Positions 48,221-62,269 of a stretch of DNA of 64,000 bases are shown here, piece after piece. Made by a program: the position numbers and the translations under genes. The notes beneath the pieces were generated by a model. It searched no databases. It was given only the letters and a program-made list of their open reading frames with translations, and was not told where the DNA came from. Position 1 is the stretch's first letter, and each line of letters begins with the position of its first letter. The DNA is from Fimbriosthenelais zetlandica (taxonomy: Eukaryota), in assembly GCA_977030845.1 (NCBI GenBank), contig OZ365115.1, forward strand, positions 14,756,001 to 14,820,000, written 5' to 3'.

Positions 48221-51200
48221 AGAATTAAATTAAATCATAAGACACTATAATTTCTACAGCAGTTCATCTGTTGCTAAACATTTTGCTCAGTGTATATGTG
48301 ATACTTAAGAATGCATGGCTGTGTCTTCTACAATTTAATCCAAATTACAAAGTTTTCATCCAATCAAAAAGTAGTTCATGATTAGCCAATTAAAAAAGTA
48401 GTTCTTAATCAATGAAATCTTAATTAGATTTCAGCCAATCAGTAGCGATGTCCAATCAGTAGCCCCCTACCCCACAGGGCAATAATTTCCAGCCAACCAG
48501 GGACAGCTATAGTACACTGTTAATCAGGGTATATTTTTGTTATTTTTGGCCCCTGAACTTATATTTTAAGGCCATACTTTCCTGAGCGAGTGACTTTTCC
48601 TCACATTAAAGATCATTTGTGGGTGCAAATGACGACTGATCAAATAGAGTGGTAGTTTTTTGAGTTTTTAGTCACAAAAATTTGCCCTGTGTTTATATAT
48701 AGATCACCCCTTTAATAGTGAACCTCCAGGGTGAGATGGGTGTGGTTGTGGTGTAGGGTAAAATAAGCTACAATCCCGCCACCCCCTACCCCCACCCCCA
48801 CCCCCTACACAATACACAGTCACCAACCAGTGTACTCCTCACTCACAGTGTCTTCAAATCACATTTTTTCTGTCTTGTGTAATTTTAGATTTAACAATCA
48901 CTTGCACTCAGCTTTCATAAGAAGATATTCATGGCATTTCTTCTTCCAAGCTCTCTCTAGCTAATGGTGGAAGCTCCGCGAGTGAGTAGGTCAATGAGTG
49001 AGCGAGTGAGGGCGGGGGGGTGAGTTAGTGAGTGAGAATGAGTGAGCTAGCGAGTGTAAACGTGAGCAAGAAAGAGTGAGAGTGAGCAGCAAGAAAATGA
49101 GTGAATGTCCGAGTGACCAGATGAGTAGTTTTGAGGCGTAGCTGCAAAATGCGCCTTCCAAATACTACTCAGATGTGTGGGTGTGAGATTGATGGATGGA
49201 TTGATTGCGTGGGTGAGTGAGCAAACGAGCAAATGAGTGAGTGAATGAGTGAGTTACTGAATGAGTGAGTGAGTAAATGAGTCTCACTTTTTATACGTAT
49301 TACCAATCCCTATCACAGACCACCACTTCCACTTTTTGCCTGGCTAGTTACACCAGCTCGCCTGATTCCCAATACCAGATATCTATATTAGCCCAGGCTT
49401 CACGAGACAATAGGATCATCCCAGCTACCAGCTCATGACCTCTGACCCCTGACCCCGGGAGGTCACGTGATCTACAGCTGACACGTGACCTCCCACAGTG
49501 ATCTTCAATATATATTCAACTCGTGGTGTAACGTTACGCAACTAAAGTACATTCACCGAAGCTCACAAAATAGTTCAATAAATGAATTTGATCCGGTACC
49601 AAATACTCCACAAAACAGTTTAATTTTAATCTCTTCCTTGCAAGGATAGACTTGCCCAAGTCATTGACTGAATTGATTTCTTACCGACAAGGAGGTGGGT
49701 GTCTGGGATTCTCCTGTTATAGGACAAGGGAGAATTTAAAGCCAGTTGAAAATGAAATAAAGAGAAATCGGAGGAAAGCTTTAGAAGGAACCGAGACTTT
49801 TTGGGGTCAAAACTCTGATATTGATATCTTATCAGCCATATTTCTATAGCAACACAGATATATAGATAAGAATGTCTGAACCGTACTGTTGGTAGACTTG
49901 TCAAAGTCTTTTAAACACAAAATATTTGTTAGTCCCAGGCACCCAATTGAGCGAGTTCTAAATCCTTTTCTAATACGAAAACCTATTGATTTATGGTAAA
50001 TATGACGATGAAATGAGCTGACAGAACATTATCTGTTCAATCTCGATCACAAATATAGCCAATTTATTACACCTATCTATTACACCAAATGAATAGAAAT
50101 TAAAAAGATCTACTGTAGTGAACAAGTCTAGTCTCCATACATGGAAGCTACCCCACTTTTAATATGTGCTATAGTCACTGCAGACCTCTGTCAGGAAAAA
50201 AAAGATAATAAACGATCTTCTAGAATTACTAGCGGACCAGCCATTCCTGGCATAACTATATAGTATCCTCTGGTATCCTCCCGCTCTTACAACCCTATAA
50301 TTAGTGCAGGTTTTACTGTACGTGTTAAACACTCTAAAGTCAGGCCTTAGAGTAAAATGACATTTTACTCTAAGGTCAGGCCAATATTTCAGGCCTGCCG
50401 TCTATTATGTATATTGTTCACTAATATTTTTTTTTCAAATGCACTAAAATAACCGTATAGTAAACACTTTTGTGTCTGAGAAAAAAATGTTCATTCCATA
50501 ATAGTTATAGGACGAGTTCACTAATGGAATTATTTCCAATTATTATGAAATTTTAAATTTTAATTGTTTGGAAATACACTAGAAGCATTGGTATACAGTG
50601 GCTCTTTAGGGAACAGGGGATAGGCATTATATGGATGAAACATCTTGGGGGATAACTTGAGGCCAATGGGATTTAACTGTATATTAAAATGTAAAATTAA
50701 ATTGATATTTTTAAGGAAATAACGGAGAAACAACCCTATCTTACCTGAGGAGTTGTTGAACGAATGTGAATTGGACAAAGTAAACTCACCTGAAACGACA
50801 AGAAAAAGATCATTAAATGATTTATAAATACTTATATTTAGATTTATTATGTGTACATACAAAAGCCCCAGGGGTAGATTGGTGATAGTAGTTATAAGAA
50901 ATTCCTCCATTACCAAGATCTTGACAGTAGCATTTAGTTGAATCCCATCAGCTCTGGTGAGTTAATAAAGCCATGTGATATTCTCACAATACCCACTTGT
51001 GATAGAGTGTCACCTTTCACACCATTATCTCCTCTCATACCAACTATTACTGGCCTTTAAATGTTATCTCATTTTTTTGCAGATAAGGAACAAAAAAACT
51101 CTTATTCTCCTTACTGGAGCCTCATTTCTCCTAATAAATAGTCGCAAGTTATACTTTATCAGGCCGAGAGCAAAATGATTTTAGGCAAAGTGATTGGCAG

Positions 51201-54200
51201 ACAGTAATTTTCACCTCTGTAATATGAATAATTTCGTTTTCTCACCCAAGGAAATGTGGCTAAATTTTCATTTCGGGTGAACTTCACATTTGGCTTCCCA
51301 TAATCATTTGAATTAATATCAGAAAGTATAAATATTTGGCTCCCCATATATAGTATAGAATCTGCCCTGTATACCGAGCCTACATCTAAAACCCCCCTGT
51401 TTTTCACTTATATAGAGGATGTTTTTTCTTCCTTGTAATATAAAATCAATAAAGGCTGGGATATTTCTCTGACAATTAAATCTTACAGCACACAGTTCTG
51501 GTCTTCATCTCTTCACCATGAATCTATGTTACAGACCAGAGCCACAATCATACCTCGTGTCAATGAACTTCCATTTGTTCTTAGACTTGTACAAGTCCTG
51601 GTCCAAATAACAAAAATATCCACATGGAAAAAGCATTTCTGACACGAGGCTTGAAATTTGGCCAAGATATTTTTAGGGGCAAAATATGTTATACAATGCT
51701 TAGGGGACAAAAAAAAATCACGAAAGATTCAAAGACCAATAGAGATTTCCTAGATTTCATTAATTGTTTTTGGCGTATGGATCCACATCTTTCAATGAGA
51801 TATAATCCAAATCTGAATATGGTGAAAATTAAAAATATCTGAAATAAGGTAATTGCATTTAAAGTTGTAACATTTTTTTGTCACAAACAAAAAGATTTTT
51901 GGCCTAAGGTAAGGAATGAGGAGAATGCTGTTGACATACAGTATTGTGGTTAGAGAAGTGGCCAAGAAAATTTTACACATCATTTAATCTGGAACTCGTC
52001 CAATCTAAGTACCTCCCTATAGGAAATTCAACTTACAGTATCATAACAGTCTACAGTCAAACTAAATTATTCAGATACTTCAGTTCTGGAGATGTACAAT
52101 GGGTCCTCGCTTTGTGACCCTCTCACTAAAGCGACAATCTCACTAAGTGGACATTAAATGATCGGAAACAATTATTGAACACAATTTCACGATGTAAGCA
52201 CCAATGAGTGGTAACGACTAAATGGTCAGAAGCAATCGAATGCCATTTCACTAAGATACAGTTGAACCCCACGCAATGTTTACCTCACTAAAGCGGTCAC
52301 CTCACATAACGGCCCAAAAAACCTTGGAACGAAGAATGGACATATTAATAGTGCGGTTCCACTGCACTCATTAAAGCGACCATCTCACTATACAACCACA
52401 TTAGTGTAGTGATCATGGTCGCATTAGTGAAAGTTCACTGTATCTTTTATCTAAAAGCTTTCTTTCTAAAAACCTCTGTATCACTAAAGGTAATTGAGTG
52501 AATAATTATTGGCCTGACTTCAGGTATGTATGAAGTTGAACTATATGGAAGGTTGAAGTACAGTAAGTATAAGATAGCTAATTTCTTATCATACATTCTG
52601 ATATAGGAGAGAGATTAGACATAGAATGAACAAACATACAGTGTATTCCAGTACAGTTAAGATTAATTCATCTTATAATCTAATACTGTACTAAAATACC
52701 ACCTAATGTACCATTAATCAATACAACACTCCCTGTTACTACTTTCAGTTTTAAAAGTAAATTAAGGTGTTTCAAAAAAAAGTAAATTAAGGTGAAATAT
52801 AACATGAAGGACCAGGTGTGAAATTATATAAATACCGGCACTTAATGTTTGAGCCATCATGTTATATTTCAACATAGTTTCAGTTTAGAAAATCTTAAAA
52901 TATTCTTTGAATTCTTGGCCCATTATCTTGATCCTAAATCATAAGTTTTCCCTAACTATATTAGAAAACAATATTCCAAGCTTATAGCATAATTCTGGAT
53001 ATTCTGGCATGAATCCAATAGCTAAATGAAATCACAAAACAACCAAAAGTCAATCAATTCTGCTTGTATTGACTGATTCTTGACTTAGGAGTGATGTCTA
53101 TGAATCTCTATTATAGATCAGGATTAAGCCACGCCCATTTCAGGATGATTGACAGGTCTATATTTAGGTCAGGAGGCCTGGAGATCGGATCCAGGTTCAC
53201 AGTTGAGAGCACACCTCAGCCAAGCGTGACCCCTCACTCCTCCAATCACTGTTATTTTCACACAATAAACATTTAAAAATATTCCCACTAGTTTTCAGAA
53301 ATAAAATATATAAAAACAACCCTTTCTTTAGGGCTAAATTGTAAAGCGTTTACTTCTGAATTCATATATAAATTAGTTAGGAGTGAGGATTTTAGGAGTG
53401 AAAATATCACTGAATGAAAAATAAAAGTTTCTGGAGATTCATGAGGCTACAGCATTAAAGTAATTCATTGATTTAAATTTTTTGCTCTAATTCGGACCGG
53501 AATTAGGTTAGTTGCAACTGGTACGAGCTGTCATTTTTATTAATTTACCATTTTCCCCTGTAAATAACAAAACTCGCTACGGTAGAATGGATCAGATAAT
53601 AAGTTAAACAATCTTTGCTGGAGATTTTGTGTTTTCAAAGTTGAATATATATTATTATGTTCATATATACATGTCGTCCTAGGACAAAATTCCTCAATAG
53701 GACATTTTCTGAAGTAGAACATACATTTAGTAAATTTTAAGTATAATCTAAGATTAAACATTTATGAATGGAAATGTGCTCAGAAGTAATGTAAAGTAAG
53801 AGACAAAGGTATTACAATTATGGTTGAAACTGAAGCATTCTTTTGAAACTCTTCGATTTTTTTCCTTCACATGTGCACTTTTCCCTAAGCTTCTTTCTAA
53901 GCTTCTTTGACCTTTCCCACTTTTCTCTGACCTTGAATTTCCTGACCTCGAACTTCAATGAATTTCGCTGAATAATGACTGAGTTTAGGGGAGTATTGGG
54001 GATGTTTCCACCACAGCCTAGCCTGGCTGATAGCATGAAGTGCCGTATTGTACTACCTGAAGTCATGCCTTCAACTACTGACATTTTACTTCCTTAAGAT
54101 TTAATATGTTTACTTCCTTAACTTTTAACATTCTACTTCCTCACATCCCAATCACACTCGTGCCATTTGGTTACAATACAGGGCGCTTGTAATAATATAA

Positions 54201-54618
54201 CCTGACCATAATCACCTCCCCGTCAAATGTTAAATACTGTTATATTAATTACATGTATGCGTCTATTAACCCAATTAAATACTTAAATACTGTTCTTACC
54301 TCAAATTTAACACCTGTCTTACCTATGTACAGTTTTAATCCTATAGGCCAAGAACATTAAACCTCACTTGGGCAATTTATAGAATATAACTACTCAATTA
54401 GGATTCCATTTATACTATGAAATATAGAATGTCCTATGCCTAGAGACCCTGGAATACCATAAATATTATTAATAAATATATTCGGCAAGTGGGAGGGTTC
54501 CATGGGTCATAGCCCCTAAGAGTTAAATCAGGAGAGGCGTTAGGAATACCCCAAAATAACAAAATTCAATACACTCCAATATCCCCCAAATCCGACCTGC
54601 ACTCTTCATTTACCCCCC

Positions 54619-54649
<31 letters not shown>

Positions 54650-55439
54650 ATCCATACCCCTACACGGTCCACCCCACCCCACCCCCCAATCCCATCTCCC
54701 CCTCACATCCCATATTACCTATATCAAAGCCTATACAATCCTACAATGTAAAGTGCTACTGAATCCATCCACCATCTCCCATTAAAGTATTTATCCTGAG
54801 TGGATGAAACAAAACAGCGGGAAACATTTTTGATAGGAGGATTCATAATTTAATAGGCTTTACTACATTTTAAGAGGCTTTCCTACATTCCAATCATATA
54901 GTGCCTGCATCATGAAAATAAAGTAGAATGCCATTGTACTATATTCCACTGTCATTGGATTGGAAGGTAATGGGGCATTTCATTATGGCAATTAATAGGA
55001 TTGAAAAAGACCTGGGGGTTTTACAAAAGTAATTAATTTAATGGTGATTAACTTCCTTATACGGAGGTAATGGAAATATGTTTTTCTGTATATGATCTAG
55101 ATTCTTAATTAAAGTAAATTCATCCCCATGCCATCAGCGGTGGTAGGTTTTATAGACAGTTCCAGTAGGGACTTTTTTCTCTGGTGGAGGAACATGCGGC
55201 GACATGTGCCGCCATTTGCCTGTTGCTCATGTTCATCCGAGTTCAAAGTCCCACATATTGTTTCAGCCAGTGCTACCGTACAAAAAACAAATAAAAACTT
55301 TTGGGAACTTTGCCATTTGGAAAGTTTCCCTTAAAAAGCGTTCAGATGAAATTTCACAAGTACACACACCTCTAATGTATTGCTCATTAGCATATGAATT
55401 ATGCAAATTAGCAATACATGCCTTGAATATCTACATAGC

Positions 55440-55690
55440 TTTTTGCCACAGACAGTGGGAGACATGGCAGGCCTTTTACATGCTTCTCGCCATAGACAGT
55501 GGGAGACCTGTCTGGTATTTTATATGCCTCTCACCACAGACAGTGGGAGACATGGCTGGCCTTTTACCTGCCTCTCACCAGACAGTGGCAGACATGGCTG
55601 GCCTTTTACTAGTTACAGAATGCTTGGGGAATTGAACCCTGGACCTCTAACATTCTGGTTGAACACTACCATCAGAGCCAGGGCCAGATA
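55440..55690 (-). mobile_element. 44-bp-minisatellite SINE-like copy
   Basis: Four units, then gaatgcttggggaattgaaccc (B box on the minus strand). Confidence 0.7.
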
Positions 55691-58600
55691 CCTATACATC
55701 TAAGTCCATATTGAGTGTGTAATAAGTCCATGTAACGGGTAGAGTGTATAGAATGGCTATTATAATATTTGAATGGCACATGTAATCTGACAAGGCTCAC
55801 ATGGAAGCTGCCCGCATCGTCAGTACATTGAGTTTTTGTTTAACTTTTACTATAAAGTTTAAAATGCAGCATGGTACCATGTAATATACTATGATCTAGT
55901 ACTGACAGGGTACATTGTTTATTATAGTTTAAATACCGTCATATTCTAACTTAAAATAGCTCCTTAAAATGGGCTTCAATAGGAACTATATATTTTTAAA
56001 AAAAATCTCTATCTGTTTCTCTCTCTTTTTGTCTCTCTTCACTGGCCCTCTCTTTCTTCTCAGGCCCTCCCTCACACTCTCTTCTCTGGCCCTCTCTCTG
56101 TCTCTCTTCTCTTGTTCTTTCTGTATCTCGCCCTAGTCTCTCTAACTCTCTGCCTCTCCCTCTCTCTCACCTTATGCCTCCCTCTCTCTCTCTCCCTCTC
56201 CACATTAATGACTAGTGTATGAGAGTATTTAAGTATTAACTTTAAGCCAGCCCTCGTTCACCTTTTACCTATTCACTGCTCGCCGCAGCCATTCAGTGGT
56301 AGCCGGGTCAGTTACATGCCTGACTCCAGACCAGGATCGATACCATTGGCAATCACCCGGCCAAAGTCCAGGACTCTACCATTTCAATATTTAATAGGGG
56401 GGTCAGGAGGGCAGAATGGACTAGCCCACTTAATATAAGTCACTCATTATAATACCACTGAGACAATACAGTCAGATATTGTGTATTGTCATCTGTTAAT
56501 TTTATATTCTGGATCAATCTTAAAAACTATTAATTTGTTTGAAAACTTTGTGGATTGAGGAAAGGCACCTCAAGAATTTGGTACTAAATAAATAAAAAAT
56601 AAATAATAAATAAATATTAAAAAGTGCCATTTGTCTGAGGCTAATTCCAGAAGGCTTTACTCTATTTGTTCTCATGGTCATGGATTCGGCAAAGGGAAAT
56701 ATCAGAAGCACAAAAGGCAGTAGAAAATCGCACACAGTTGATAAGAACTCAATAATAATTTTTTTAAATCTAAAATAAAACAATAGCATTGGGGTTTCTA
56801 GTTTATAAAGAAAGGTAATTTATTAGGCTTAATAGCAACTCTTTCTTTTAAAAATCTAGAAAAAATCTAGAGGAAGGAATTTGAGCTTTCTAGTCTAGTG
56901 ATACAGAAGGACTTCAGTTACAGTGGTTGCCTTCAGTTTGACGGTCTCTGTAGAGTTTTGTGTAAGATCTGGATGTTTTGAGATTGTTACATTGATCGAC
57001 TCACAAGGCCAAAACAATCCCCCGAGTTCTTATCTCCCCTCACTTTACACGAGGTGTGTAATCTCTATAGACGAGGCCGAGTCAATAAAACCAGGCCAAA
57101 AACAAGGTATAATACTCACCCTTACAAAAAATAACTATTTGTTCTTAGAAATATATATATTTAAAAAACAAACTCTGAGTTTCCAACGCCCTACCTGGCC
57201 ATCTATGAACTAAATAAAATCCATCACAGTTGAAAGAAATTAATTTTCAACTAAGGTATTTTTCTGCAAACAGAAATCCGCAAAAATGGAACCGAACTGT
57301 TGCGAGTTGTAATCAATGGCTTGCTTCTTTGGCTCAATATAATTTGTATATACGAGAGGCAAGATGGATAGAGGGCAAAAAGACATATTTCAGTCCAGAA
57401 CCACTTTTTGAAAGTCAAAGTTGTAAATGTAGATAGATTCCTTCAGCAAATGAAATCAGATGAAAGTTATTTTAGTGAAGTAGACCTAAATCGAAATGCT
57501 TTTAAATTAAATAGCAACATGGACGTAAATCATATTTTCGGGGCCAAACTTATGATATATTTGACGTGATGACATGACGTAATCAGAGCGTTACTACAGT
57601 TACATATACATGATGTGGGGGGGGGGGGATGTGAGAAGGGCCATCCGGTAAGCGGGGGGAGGCTGCAGGAAGAGCCTTGTCATCTACGTGAATCTATCTC
57701 CCTACAGCAGCCGCGAAATGACGCCCTGCACAATTAACATTATTGATTTTTGGTTGGCAACTCATATATCTCATTCTTTCTTCCCCTTTTATTCCCCATC
57801 CCTCACCCTCCCTCTACTGCTTCCCTTCTATCATCATCCCTCACCATATTCCCTGCACCCGTCTCTCCCCTCCAGGGTTCCACCGCCTCTTCCCTTCCCT
57901 TAGATCGCTATTCTCGGATTCCTTTCCTCTTTCCCACTACCTCCCTCCCATTTCCTCTGTGTCCCTCGCTCCCTTTCCCCAGTAACACTCTGTCCACTAT
58001 CTCTATTCTTCCTCTCGGTCTATCTGTCTATCATTCTCCCTAGTTCCCATCCTTCCGTCCTTCCTTCTCCCTGTCTCTCCCTTTCATTTCCTCTCTCCCC
58101 TTTCCTCACCTGTCTTCTAACCCTCCCTGTCTCTCCCTTCCAGTCTTGCACCCTTTCACCTACCGCTAACCAAACTCTCCCTACCCTAACCTAAGCCCTA
58201 ACCAACCATTCCTCGTACAAGTCCACCTTTGCCTGACTGTGCTCAGTGTATATAAATACAGGAGATCACAGTGATCTGATCTCTGTAAACTAAATCACCC
58301 GTCAAGGACACGATCATGACCCCACAGGTCAAGGTCATCTCATCATTACAGACCAAGGTCAGATGAGCAGCTTTGTCTTCATGTCCTCCACTTTCATCTT
58401 TTTTCCTATAGCTCATAATCATTTTTCTCATGTCGTATTTAATTTAATTTTATTGCTCTTTGTCTTCCTTAGAGAGTATTTTTCTTCCGATAACACTTAA
58501 GTGTTCCTCTTGAAATAAGAGGCACTTTATTTCCAGATTTTTACATCACGAATGTATTTAGATTTCCTTATGCTGATCAGAGCTGTTAAAAATAATATAG

Positions 58601-61600
58601 CGATGCGCGAGACGAAAAATCGAAACCACAAACTTTCAGTTAAAAATCTGGTGCAACTGACCCTTAGGGACACTATAAGTTTTGTAGGACTTTTCCTAGA
58701 CAATTTAAATGTTTTCCAGGACAAGCTTATTCGAGCTACGAATCGAATAAATAAATAGTTTATCAAGAAGGGTCGACATTCTATTCATTTGGCATTTATT
58801 TCAGGGTTTCTAGGATCACAAACCGGTGGGATCCCAGTTTAATTCCAGTTTTTCATTACAACTGACCTCAGGAATGATGAGGTCAACTAATGACCTCAGG
58901 TAATGACCTCACGTCATGACCTTGGGGGAATAATTTGGGTGTAATATAAGACGCTATGACGTCATGAATTGAAGCTAGCCTCAGAGGACGAGTTCTTACT
59001 AATGATATCTCAAATGAAGAAACATGAAAGGATTATTAATATACGTGTAGTCAGAATTAACTCTACCATCTGAGCTTCCAAACTACCACAATAAAGCAAT
59101 CATCTCAAAATGTAAAACTAATTGACCAGGAACTCTTTCCAGTAATCCGGTAGGATAACCATTAAACATCTCTAGGGGGAGCCACTGAAACCTTCAAAAA
59201 TCCTTCAAGATCAGATACCAATCAGTAGACATCAAGGATCATCTGATAGCCCACTCTAAAAAGTCTCTTATCTAAATTTACATTATCTTCTTCCACAATC
59301 GCACTAAAAATCAGACCAGATCAAATCACTTTATCTAAGATTTCACTTTATTCTGTGAGCTATCTTCATGGTTTTTCCTCTCAATATCTTCCTGAATCAT
59401 ATTTATATCTGAGAGATAGTGGCTGAAAATAACTCAATCATGATAGGACGATATTTCACTTCCCTGATTCTCTATTTGTCTTCTCAGATTTGACACCTTT
59501 CACTCAACTCTCCTCCTTTACTTATTATTTGAAGTTAAATGTTAAGATGATGCAACAGGAACTAAACTAAATGAGACATTAAATCTGATAAACCAGTTTT
59601 GAACCCAATTAAATTGGAAATCACTAAATTAAGTTCCATTAAATTAATTTCCACCAAAGATAATTATACACCCGCAAAAACAGTCGATTCTTTGTCAAAT
59701 ATCATCATCAAAATATGCAAAAGTGGCCTCTAATGAGTAAAACCAGAACTGTACCCTTCATTACTATTGGCTAATCCAACTTCAATTATTTATTTTTGGG
59801 CAAATCATAACATGTAGAATCAAAATTTGATTTCTCAGACAACTATAACTTTAGGTGAAATCAAGTATCGAAAGTAGGGACAACTTAGGAAAATAACTTT
59901 ATACATAGTGTTCCACATCCCTTTAAGAAAAGCTGCAAGTGTAGAATACTTGTTGTTATAGAGCATATTTATAATGATTATAATTATAGAGTGATTATGT
60001 GTATATTAGACTGGGTCAGTGTATAATACACCTGGCCCACCTGGCTACACCTGTAGCACTAATTAGGACAGATCATATTATAATTAACATTCAGGTGAAA
60101 CATACAACATACCTGACAATGTCTCGCCTTAACATGACCTCATACTCACTTAATTGACCCAGAAAAAAAGTCAACTTTTATACAACACACTCTCCCAATT
60201 AACTTTAAATATATACGCAAATCCAAAATAATTAATACTGTTAAACAGGAATTGTACTGGAAATTATATTGAAAATATATTTTAATGAAACTAATTAGTA
60301 ACAGTAAAATCTTTTCCTTCTGTTAATGTCTAATTATTTGGGAAATAAATTATATTGAAAGCATAGTTAAAAATGTCCTAAAATCGTTAATTAATACTAT
60401 TTTAAAAGAATTACGATGGAAAATCCATCCGGTTTAATTTAATTAATTTCATACCGGAAAACAATGATATATTATATGTGCCACTAAATAAACGACATTA
60501 TATGACTTTATGATCAGCTATACCACACCATCAGTCCTATAACATGACTGAATCCACCGCTGTACACATTGATAATAGCTTAGAGTAAAATGATCATTTT
60601 ACTCTAGAAGATAATAGTAAATAGTTACATTAATCTGTGGCAACAGTGAAATGTTTGCATTTCTCAGGGTAGGTTTTAGGATTTTTTTCGGAAAGAATGT
60701 GAAGGAAGCAGTAATCCAGTAGAGATAATAAAGAGCCAACCCGTCCCCACCTCTCAACTCAGTCTGATTCCACTTAGTTCACCTCCAATAAACTTTATCA
60801 GCAGACTAATAAACCAGTGGTTTATAGGAGCTCCACCTCTCACCGCTACTAATTCCCTCACCAGTGGCGGTCATTTACTCTCTACTACTACACGGTCAGA
60901 GTCCACATTCTATAAAGTGCTTTCATTCAAACCGGTGAATTTTAATTAAAAACTGACATTTAAATTAAGTTTGAAGAGTGTTCCCCTATCTGAACTTTAA
61001 GAACTGTACTGGAGACAGAGCCAATATTTCATATTTAGAACAACCTATTTTACGTTAATTCTCTTAAATAATTGACAGGAAATTATCAAAACAAAGGAAA
61101 TTATCGTAACAATTTTTCAATTAGGACACATTATATATGTATTTTAAATGAAATGCAGGAAATTATAAAGTTGTGTTTAAAGTATTCAGTGAAATAAGAA
61201 TCGAAGATTCGCCACTCGTTATTGATTTCTGATTTATAAATATTTCCTACCAAAATTCAAAGTTTTTTTCCTTTTTTCATATAAGAGACATTCAAATAAA
61301 AGAGAAATCTCGCCTTGTACTATAATGTTATATTCCTATAATCATGAGTTAATATATGAAGGTGTACGAGTCAATAATTAAGACCAACGTTATCAGAGAT
61401 TGTAATGTTATCTTTCAGATATGAGAGTATGATAAAGGTGATAACACGTCCATACATGTCCTACAGGTAGATAAACTAACAATACTCAATGATCGGTGAA
61501 CAACAGGTAGATACTGAGGTCACAGAGAGAGTGAGAGATATTGTTAGCCAGAGTGAGAGAGAGGGATCGGGAGAGAGTGCGAAAGAGAGAGAAAGCCACA

Positions 61601-61939
61601 GTGAGAGAGAGGGAGAGAGAGAGAGAGAGAGATAGGGAAAGTGGGAGTGGGAGAAGAGATGGGAAAAGTGAGGGAGACAAAAAGAGAATTGAAGGATAAA
61701 TATGGGTATTTCAAAGAACATTAATATATGGATTTTCCATCAAAAACTGGTCCCCTATTCACAAAATCTATTTCCCTTCTGTGCCAAGAGCACAATTTTT
61801 CGGAAGAATTCTGAGAAAAAAGAGACATCACGAGTCCTTCAGGAAACAAAGAACCAATTCCCTTTCAAAGAAAAAAACTAGTGAAGTAATTAAGAAACTG
61901 TTGGGAATAGGCAATGTTAATAATTCATAGCTCATGACA

Positions 61940-62159
61940 TGAGTCAGGACAGCCTAGGAATGGCGGCCATCTCCAGAATAAAAACCTAATCAAATAAAAC
62001 AACACAGTGGCCAGAATCACATTAAATCATTCACCAATCATGGCAAAACTTGTATTGATTTATGAAGGTTTTTGTCTTCATCAAAAGATGGTTTTAGCCT
62101 CACCGGAAGTTGGTAAGTGATGATAAGGTAGAGCTGTGCTGGGCTGTTTCCATGGTAAC
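61940..62159. promoter_or_regulatory. Promoter-like motif cluster
   Basis: AP-1 TGAGTCA (61940), YY1-like AATGGCGGCCAT (61959), ETS CCGGAAGT (62103), plus-strand donor-like GTAAGT (62113) and X-box GTTTCCATGGTAAC (62146-62159). Confidence 0.4.
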
Positions 62160-62269
62160 CGTATGAGGCATGGACAGTAGCGATAAGAGACAGGGGTATG
62201 TTTCATAATAGAATAACTTTATAATGAAACGGTTCTGGGCCTGGCCTACAGACTGCAATTGATATTGCA

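Noticed and set aside
50560-51407. Short minus-strand ORFs possibly from a decayed retroelement
   Set aside because: No motif could be recognised with enough confidence to call.
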